This document shows, in pieces, positions 57,590 through 64,000 of a DNA stretch of 64,000 nucleotides (position 1 is the stretch's first letter; each line of letters opens with the position of its first letter). The position numbers were made by a program, and so were the translations under genes. The DNA is from Eubacteriales bacterium (GTDB lineage Bacteria; Bacillota; Clostridia; Oscillospirales; CAG-272): assembly GCA_045545665.1 (NCBI GenBank), contig JAZQBL010000025.1, forward strand, positions 2,087-66,086, written 5' to 3'. The notes under the pieces are model-generated. The model worked only from the letters and a program-made list of their open reading frames with translations, ran no database searches and was not told where the DNA came from.

Positions 57590-59010
57590 TAATAAGTTGC
57601 GGGGAAATATCTGTCGAGGTATTCCTCGCTTTCCTTTTTGTATTTTTCAACGTATTCGCCGTAATCGAGCTTACCTTTTAGTATCTGCTCGTAAGCTGAT
57701 AAAGTATATTTGTCAAGATTTTTGTAGGAAGACGAAAAGCTGTACGCAAAGTCGTAATTGATGTTTTCGATAAGGATATTAAGCGCTGTTACAGCACCGT
57801 TGTCACGCAGAGTGTAATTCATATAACGGTCGATATATCTTTGTATAACGTGACCGGAGGAGGCTGCGTTTATGCCCATAATGAGCGCACCGAGCCCAAT
57901 CTCGCTTGACGTAGTTTCGGGGATGGAAAGAACGACTGCATCAAGAGAAATGAACGACATATGTTCGTCGTCTTCTGTTGCTTTCGGAAGCGGAGCGATG
58001 CTCCATACGTCCTTTGTTGTTGCAAAGCTGTCGGGGATATTCAGCGAATCGAGCATAAATAAAACGTCGCCCGATGAAAAATCACCGTCTTTTTTGGGCG
58101 TAAATTCAAGCAGCTTTGATATGCCCCCGCATACCGTGTTCAACTTACCGTCAAACGTCAAAAGTCTTACCGGTTTATCGGGGAGGTTATTTGAAAATTT
58201 AAAGGATGAAAACAGAAGCTGTTTGTCAAATTCTTCCTCTGTTTTGTCAACTAAAATAGTGCCCTCGTAGTTTTCCGCACTTTTTAAATACTCGTAAAAT
58301 TTGTCGTACGTCCACGTACCGTCTGATACGTGTGAGGAAACGGGGGTAAGACCGAGGGATTCAAGATCTGTTTTGTTATAGTAAAGCGCTGTTATCTTAT
58401 CGGGTTCAAAGCATCCGTCGCCTGATGCGGCGAAAATATCATTTCCCACTGTAAAAGCCGAAACAGCAGAGTTGAGATACTCTGCATTTTCATCAAAATA
58501 CGGGCTTGTACGCAGAGATTTAAGAAATCCGTCTCCAACGAGTGCTGCCGTAACGTCTGCGGGAAGTGCGAAAAAATGCCCCGGGGCAGTACCCGAATTG
58601 TATTCCGCTTTTACAGTGTTGTATGCGGTTTCGGAGGATGTGAGAACTGTATGAAACGTCATATCAAATTTTTCTTCAACAGCCTTGAGTCTTGCTATTC
58701 TGTCGGAATTTATGAGCGTTTCTTCACCGTTACCTATCAAAAACGTGTCATCTGTTGTAAATACTTTGATCATTTCGTTTTCAAAAGAGAATTTTGCAAC
58801 ATCTTCAAGATACGCATCCGCTTGCTTTTTAAGATCCTCTGCGGAAAGCACCGGATCTTCTTTCGGGATATCTGTATCTTCCGAAACGTCGGACGTTATA
58901 TCCGTTATTTCATCTGTTCCTTTTATCTTGCTTTCATTTATGACGATAACGCCGCACGATTGGAAAAGCAGAGCGCATATGATTAATAAACAAAAAATTG
59001 ATCTTTTCAT
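57586..59010 (-). CDS. Lipoprotein, extracellular solute-binding-like
   Basis: FQSC lipobox; YYNKT, DGTWTYDKF and APLPKA resemble family-1 SBPs. Confidence 0.65.
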   Translation of the reverse strand: MKRSIFCLLIICALLFQSCGVIVINESKIKGTDEITDITSDVSEDTDIPKEDPVLSAEDLKKQADAYLEDVAKFSFENEMIKVFTTDDTFLIGNGEETLINSDRIARLKAVEEKFDMTFHTVLTSSETAYNTVKAEYNSGTAPGHFFALPADVTAALVGDGFLKSLRTSPYFDENAEYLNSAVSAFTVGNDIFAASGDGCFEPDKITALYYNKTDLESLGLTPVSSHVSDGTWTYDKFYEYLKSAENYEGTILVDKTEEEFDKQLLFSSFKFSNNLPDKPVRLLTFDGKLNTVCGGISKLLEFTPKKDGDFSSGDVLFMLDSLNIPDSFATTKDVWSIAPLPKATEDDEHMSFISLDAVVLSIPETTSSEIGLGALIMGINAASSGHVIQRYIDRYMNYTLRDNGAVTALNILIENINYDFAYSFSSSYKNLDKYTLSAYEQILKGKLDYGEYVEKYKKESEEYLDRYFPATYY

Positions 59011-59148
59011 AACGTTATTCCTTGAAAATTATTATCCCTTTTATTATATCCTCGATTATAAGTAAAATCAATATATATTTCATTAATTTTTAGATCGGCA
59101 AAAATAAAATCACCCCGCCGAAGCGGGGTGATGAACGCAGAGTTGAAA

Positions 59149-59814
59149 TTATTTCTTGTCGGATGAGAGGAACTTGTAAACTACAGCTGCCAGAACACCG
59201 CCAACGAGGGGAGCTACGATGAACACCCAAACGTTTGCAAGAGCATCTCCGCCTACGAACAAAGCAGGACCGAAGCTTCTTGCAGGGTTTACGGACGTGC
59301 CTGTAAAGGATATGCCGAGAATGTGTACAAGTGTAAGGGAAAGACCGATAACGATACCTGCAACAGCACCGTTTTCAACCTTGGACGTAACGCCGAGAAT
59401 TGCGATAACGAATACGAACGTGAGGATTATCTCGATTATTACCGAGGATAAGATCTCGCCTTGATAAAGTGCGTTTGCACCGAGTCCGCTTTCTTTGCCG
59501 ACAACACCCATAAGAGCTGCCGCACCTGCTATAGCGCCTGCAAACTGTGCGATGACGTAGCCTGCAAAGTCAGCAACCGTCATTTTGCCGCTTACAAGCA
59601 TAGCAATTGAAACCGCGGGGTTTATGTGACAGCCTGAAATGTTTCCGATCGAATACGCCATGGCGACGATTACGAGACCGAAAGCAAGAGCTGTAAGCAG
59701 GTAACCTGTGCCGGCAGCGGGATTGCATCCGACAACAGCGGCTGTACCACATGCAAAGAACACGAGAACAAAGGTGCCGATGAATTCAGCGATGTACTTT
59801 TTTAATGATGACAT
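59149..59814 (-). CDS. aqpZ: MIP family aquaporin (AqpZ-like)
   Basis: AEFIGTF, SGCHINPAV and GTSVNPARS; terminator 59106-59132. Confidence 0.88.
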   Translation of the reverse strand: MSSLKKYIAEFIGTFVLVFFACGTAAVVGCNPAAGTGYLLTALAFGLVIVAMAYSIGNISGCHINPAVSIAMLVSGKMTVADFAGYVIAQFAGAIAGAAALMGVVGKESGLGANALYQGEILSSVIIEIILTFVFVIAILGVTSKVENGAVAGIVIGLSLTLVHILGISFTGTSVNPARSFGPALFVGGDALANVWVFIVAPLVGGVLAAVVYKFLSSDKK

Positions 59815-60029
59815 AATAAAGACCTCCGATTTTATTTGCGATATAGATCGCTTCTGTAACCATATTATAACATATGCAATTTTATTTTACAATACTTATT
59901 TTAATAATTTGGTAAACAAATTTAAATATGTATAAGCGAGTTTGGTATTGACTTTTTTAAAGATATATGATAAAATAAGCAAGTACAGCACACAGTGGTC
60001 TAAAGTGTTATGAAAGGAAATATACAGTT

Positions 60030-60929
60030 ATGGAACACAACTTTATTCTCTCATGTGAATCAACGGTGGATATGCCGTACTCTTACATAAGCGGAAGAGA
60101 TATATCCGTTATATTTTACACATATACTATTGATGGAGATGAATACGTAGACGATATGGGACGTGATCCCGAGGCTCTTGAAAAATTCTACGGTTTTATT
60201 GCAGACGGAAAGCTTCCTACAACTTCACAGATAAACTATCATAAATATTACGACTATTTTGACGGACTTCTTGCAAAAGGTGACGTTCTTCATATAAATT
60301 TCGGTTCGGGTATGACACCGTCCGTTGAAAACGCATATGCGGCTCAAAGAGAGCTTATGAAGAAGTACCCCGACAGAAAGTTTGCGGTTATCGACTCGTT
60401 CTGTAGCTGCGGCGGTTACGGTATACTTGTCGAAGATGCGGCAAATCTCCGTGATGCGGGCAAGAGCTTTGAAGAGGTTGAAGCGTGGGTAAACGAAAAC
60501 AGATATAAGGTACACCACCAGTTTTTCTCGACCGACCTTACGATGTTCAGACGCGGAGGAAGAGTGTCGGGACCTGCTGCTATGGTAGGCACACTTCTCG
60601 GAATTTGTCCTATAATGAATCTTGACGTTACGGGCCACATAATGGCGTACGATAAAGTCAAGGGTAAGAAAAAGGCAATTGAAAAGAACGTCGATGAAAT
60701 AGTCAAACGAGCAGAAGGTATGGAAAAATACGACGGTACGTTTTACCTTTGCCATTCTCACTGCCCCGAGCTTGCGGAAGCTACGATAAAGCTTCTTGAG
60801 GAGCGTATGCCTAAGATAAAGGGTAAGATAAGAGTAAACGAAATAGGCACGATAATAGCGTCACATACGGGAGTCGGAACGGTCGCTTCCTTCTTCTATG
60901 GTGTTGACAGAAGAACAGAAGGCAAATAA
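60030..60929 (+). CDS. DegV family fatty-acid-binding protein
   Basis: PTTSQ, IDS, RGGRVS and IASHTGVG. Confidence 0.92.
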   Translation: MEHNFILSCESTVDMPYSYISGRDISVIFYTYTIDGDEYVDDMGRDPEALEKFYGFIADGKLPTTSQINYHKYYDYFDGLLAKGDVLHINFGSGMTPSVENAYAAQRELMKKYPDRKFAVIDSFCSCGGYGILVEDAANLRDAGKSFEEVEAWVNENRYKVHHQFFSTDLTMFRRGGRVSGPAAMVGTLLGICPIMNLDVTGHIMAYDKVKGKKKAIEKNVDEIVKRAEGMEKYDGTFYLCHSHCPELAEATIKLLEERMPKIKGKIRVNEIGTIIASHTGVGTVASFFYGVDRRTEGK

Positions 60930-60947
60930 TCTTTATTTAATTTGGAT

Positions 60948-60990
60948 AAAAAAACGGTGGTGTTGCAAAATCGCAACACCATCGTTTTTT
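60948..60990. terminator. Bidirectional terminator
   Basis: AAAAAACGGTGGTGTTGC...GCAACACCATCGTTTTTT. Confidence 0.65.
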
Positions 60991-63940
60991 ATATATCATA
61001 CTGTGCAAGTATCTGTGCCGGTGTCTTACGTAAAAGAAGTAATATCGGTATGATACCGCATACAACGCAAAGCCCCAAAAGAATAACAAGATCTGCAAGG
61101 GCAAGCCACAGAGGATAGTAAAATACACTTGATGAAACAGCTGACAGACTGTGGCATACGAAAATAAACAGACTCGACAAAGCGTATCCGATAAATACCG
61201 TCAAAGAAGAGAGGACGAGCGATTCTATAAAGAATTTATACGTGAGATTTTTCTTTGATACGCCGATGGCACGGTAAATACCGACTTCCTTTATTCTGTT
61301 CATAAGAGCAGAACGCATTATGAAATACATACATACACTCAAAAGTACCAGCGCAACAGCCATTGTTATGAGTCCGCTCAGTATGGAAGACTTCATACTT
61401 TCCATATTATCGTCAAACACGTCACTCGGTGTTATCACCGCCTCCATAAATTCGTGCGGTACTTCGATATTTGAAAAATTCGAGCGTATCCAGGAGTCTG
61501 TAAGGTCGGGGTCGGTCGAGTGGACCACCGTATACGTTCTTGAATACATATCGGAAGAATCAGTCATAGCATCAGATATATAAACGTTTCCGAATTCGTC
61601 TGTGTATTCGTAATACATTTCTTTGTCGCCGTATCCGCCGAGTGTGGCTGAAGGATGCGTTTGACCTGTTTTCTTTGCGAGCTTTATATAATCATTATCG
61701 CTTACAAGATAACAGTTGGTGTGTATTGCATACTGATCGATATTGCTGTAAAATTCTTTTTCGTACATCCACCGATATTCTTCCCGTTTTACGTCCATGT
61801 TGGGAAGGATTTCAAATTCCGCTGCAAGCTCTTTGTCAGTCGGTGTTTTTCCGTATTTCTGCTCGTAAGCGTATATTTTGTAGTAATATTCGTTAGATGA
61901 GAATAAGTACTTACACTCTTCGATGTCTTTTTCAAAATACAGCCAAAGCAGTAAGTCCTGCTTGTTTTTTGAATAATACGATTCTATAAAATCGTCAAAT
62001 TCGGAAAAGTAATATTTGTGCCACTGTACCGTCATTGACTCATCGACTTTCGGATCGTGGGAAAAATCGGGATCTATAACGTCTTTGTATTCTTCAATAG
62101 GTTTTTTCTCTATTCCGAGATTCTTGGTGTATTCATCGTAAGATGCGTATACGACGGAGGTGTCCGTTATAACAAAGTCGTTACCGCCTATTTTGATGGT
62201 TTCACCTTTTTTGGGGAATTCTACGTCACTGTTTACGATGAATGCCGTAGCTTCGGAGTCCTTTATTTCGTATCCGTGATCAGAGCCGGGACGGGCGTTT
62301 ATGCCGGATGATGCCATAGTGTATCTTGCCATGGCCATAGGTGAAAGATATACTGCCGTTTCGCTCGATTCAACTATTCCCGCAACGCGTACGGCTTTTC
62401 CGCTTATTACAAACGAAGTTGAATGAAGTCCCACAAGATCACGGTATTCTGTGATGTGTCCGAACTGTGACGTTTCAAGAAACGCGTCCGCTACTGCTGT
62501 TGTGAGGATCATTTCATCATCCTTGATGTTTTCGGTATTTCCGCATACCGTCTTTTCTCCGTTAAGAGCAGACGTATCAAGCACGACTGCATTTGTTGCA
62601 AACGTGTTATATGAATAGTGCGTAAACGTTTCAAAAAAGTCCGTTTGCAAGCGGATACGCTTGTCGCCTCTCGGTATGCTGTGCATAAGCTGTACGTAGT
62701 TTATGCCGTTTTCACGCGCTTCCTGTGAGTTCAGCTTTTCCGATACGGCAGAGTCGTTTGAATAAACGTAGAATACGTTGTGGTTGTAAGATTTTTCAAT
62801 ATCGAGAAAACTTTCGATGGACTTGCCGAAAACGGCGCTCATAATAACTGTGACCGTGGCAAATATCATCATACAGCGTCTTAAAAGACGCTTGCTGCGC
62901 TTCTGGTTTTTGAAGTTAGCCTTGTAACCGCTTTTTACCGAGGATCTAAACGAAAACAGCTTGCCGAATACCGTGCCTTCGACAGGAGGGAGCGACGTCA
63001 TATCGACTGTTGCGTGCGCTTCTGTATTAGAGCTTTCTTTGTAAACACCGTCGATAACGGATATTTCGCTTGTCGCATCCAATATATGCACGTTTGCGGA
63101 ATCGACTTTTAAATATATCTTTCCGTTGTTGTTTATTATTTGAAGCTTTACAGGTGACTCGGGTGCTTTTCCGTAGTATTCGACCTTTGTGTTATTGTCG
63201 GATATTTCCGTTTTTTCAAATTCACCGAGGTATATTGCGTTTTTGTTTCTTGCGGTAAATCCGTTTGCATTTGAGTTATTTTTAATGCTTACAAGCTTTC
63301 CGTCCGAAAGCTCGATTACCCGGTCGCAGTAAAAATCGACAAGGTTTGCTTCGTGCGTTACCAGAACAACGAGACGGTCTTTTGAGATCGCTTTCAGAAG
63401 GTCCATTATCATAACCGTGTTTGCTTCGTCAAGGTTTCCCGTCGGCTCGTCTGCCAAGATGATGTGCGGATTTTTGACAATGGCGCGCGCTATGGCTATG
63501 CGCTGCTGCTGACCGCCCGAAAGTGTGTCGGGCGTACGGCTTTTGTATTTATCCATACCGACGTTTTCAAGTGCCGCTATGACTCTTTTCTCTATTTCAG
63601 CCTTGTCAGTCATACCGCACAGACGAAGGGCATCGGCTACGTTTTCAAAACACGACTGCTCGGTGTTCAGGTTATAGTTCTGGAAAATATAACCTATATA
63701 TTTGTTTCGGAGCATATCCGTGTCTTTTGTTATGCTGTTATCCATTACGGTAATATTTCCGTTTGCAAAGCTGTCAAGACCGCCTATGACGTTCAGAAGC
63801 GTCGTTTTTCCGCAACCGCTTTTACCGAATATGGATATCATCCCCGACTCGGGCAATTCAAGTGATATATCGTTTAAAACGTGAAGCTCATTCGGCTTGC
63901 CTTTGTTGAAAAATTTGTTTATTTTCGATATTTTTATCAT
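60989..63940 (-). CDS. MacB/FtsX-like ABC transporter, fused ATPase and permease
   Basis: GKSGCGKTT, LSGGQQQR and DEPTGNLD; C-terminal RIKEVGIYRAIG FtsX domain. Confidence 0.9.
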   Translation of the reverse strand: MIKISKINKFFNKGKPNELHVLNDISLELPESGMISIFGKSGCGKTTLLNVIGGLDSFANGNITVMDNSITKDTDMLRNKYIGYIFQNYNLNTEQSCFENVADALRLCGMTDKAEIEKRVIAALENVGMDKYKSRTPDTLSGGQQQRIAIARAIVKNPHIILADEPTGNLDEANTVMIMDLLKAISKDRLVVLVTHEANLVDFYCDRVIELSDGKLVSIKNNSNANGFTARNKNAIYLGEFEKTEISDNNTKVEYYGKAPESPVKLQIINNNGKIYLKVDSANVHILDATSEISVIDGVYKESSNTEAHATVDMTSLPPVEGTVFGKLFSFRSSVKSGYKANFKNQKRSKRLLRRCMMIFATVTVIMSAVFGKSIESFLDIEKSYNHNVFYVYSNDSAVSEKLNSQEARENGINYVQLMHSIPRGDKRIRLQTDFFETFTHYSYNTFATNAVVLDTSALNGEKTVCGNTENIKDDEMILTTAVADAFLETSQFGHITEYRDLVGLHSTSFVISGKAVRVAGIVESSETAVYLSPMAMARYTMASSGINARPGSDHGYEIKDSEATAFIVNSDVEFPKKGETIKIGGNDFVITDTSVVYASYDEYTKNLGIEKKPIEEYKDVIDPDFSHDPKVDESMTVQWHKYYFSEFDDFIESYYSKNKQDLLLWLYFEKDIEECKYLFSSNEYYYKIYAYEQKYGKTPTDKELAAEFEILPNMDVKREEYRWMYEKEFYSNIDQYAIHTNCYLVSDNDYIKLAKKTGQTHPSATLGGYGDKEMYYEYTDEFGNVYISDAMTDSSDMYSRTYTVVHSTDPDLTDSWIRSNFSNIEVPHEFMEAVITPSDVFDDNMESMKSSILSGLITMAVALVLLSVCMYFIMRSALMNRIKEVGIYRAIGVSKKNLTYKFFIESLVLSSLTVFIGYALSSLFIFVCHSLSAVSSSVFYYPLWLALADLVILLGLCVVCGIIPILLLLRKTPAQILAQYDI

Positions 63941-64000
63941 TCCGATCTGCCTCCCTTCAGAGATTTCTTTACACTCTCACCGAAAAGGTCTTTTATCTGC
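63937..64000 (-). CDS. 3' end of an upstream gene (possibly a permease), partial
   Basis: Reads QIKDLFGESVKKSLKGGRSE*; its TGA overlaps the ATG of the ABC gene. Confidence 0.55.
   Translation of the reverse strand, partial: QIKDLFGESVKKSLKGGRSE

Overview
Chromosomal window from a spore-forming Clostridia (Bacillota) bacterium, mostly housekeeping genes. It contains the rimP-nusA-ylxR-ylxQ-infB operon (infB runs off the left edge and is absent from the ORF track), an adh-nfnAB-NAD kinase redox cluster, comEC, tepA, rimM-trmD, ptsH-uvrC plus an ECF transporter, and a 2313-aa cyclic beta-1,2-glucan synthase-like gene head-to-head with spoIIGA-sigE. It also carries ychF, rpe, asnS, ogg, an aquaporin, DegV, a MacB-like ABC transporter and five tRNAs (Leu-CAG, Thr-GGT, Gly-TCC, Arg-TCT, His-GTG). 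I saw no integrase, transposase, rRNA or CRISPR array. Best leads: (1) an Ile-specifier T-box controlling an XRE-cupin/acyl-CoA synthetase fusion, suggesting branched-chain fatty-acid salvage for isoleucine; (2) an orphan Cys-rich RiPP-precursor-like gene; (3) the tRNA-Leu locus, with a 64-bp duplication of the tRNA 5' end around a ~100-bp insert upstream and an ATGAAG/hairpin array plus four-helix-bundle gene downstream; (4) an AT-rich gene bracketed by cassette-like direct sites; (5) a leader-peptide attenuator upstream of a CorC/HlyC transporter. All family calls come from motifs recognised by eye, not from database searches.
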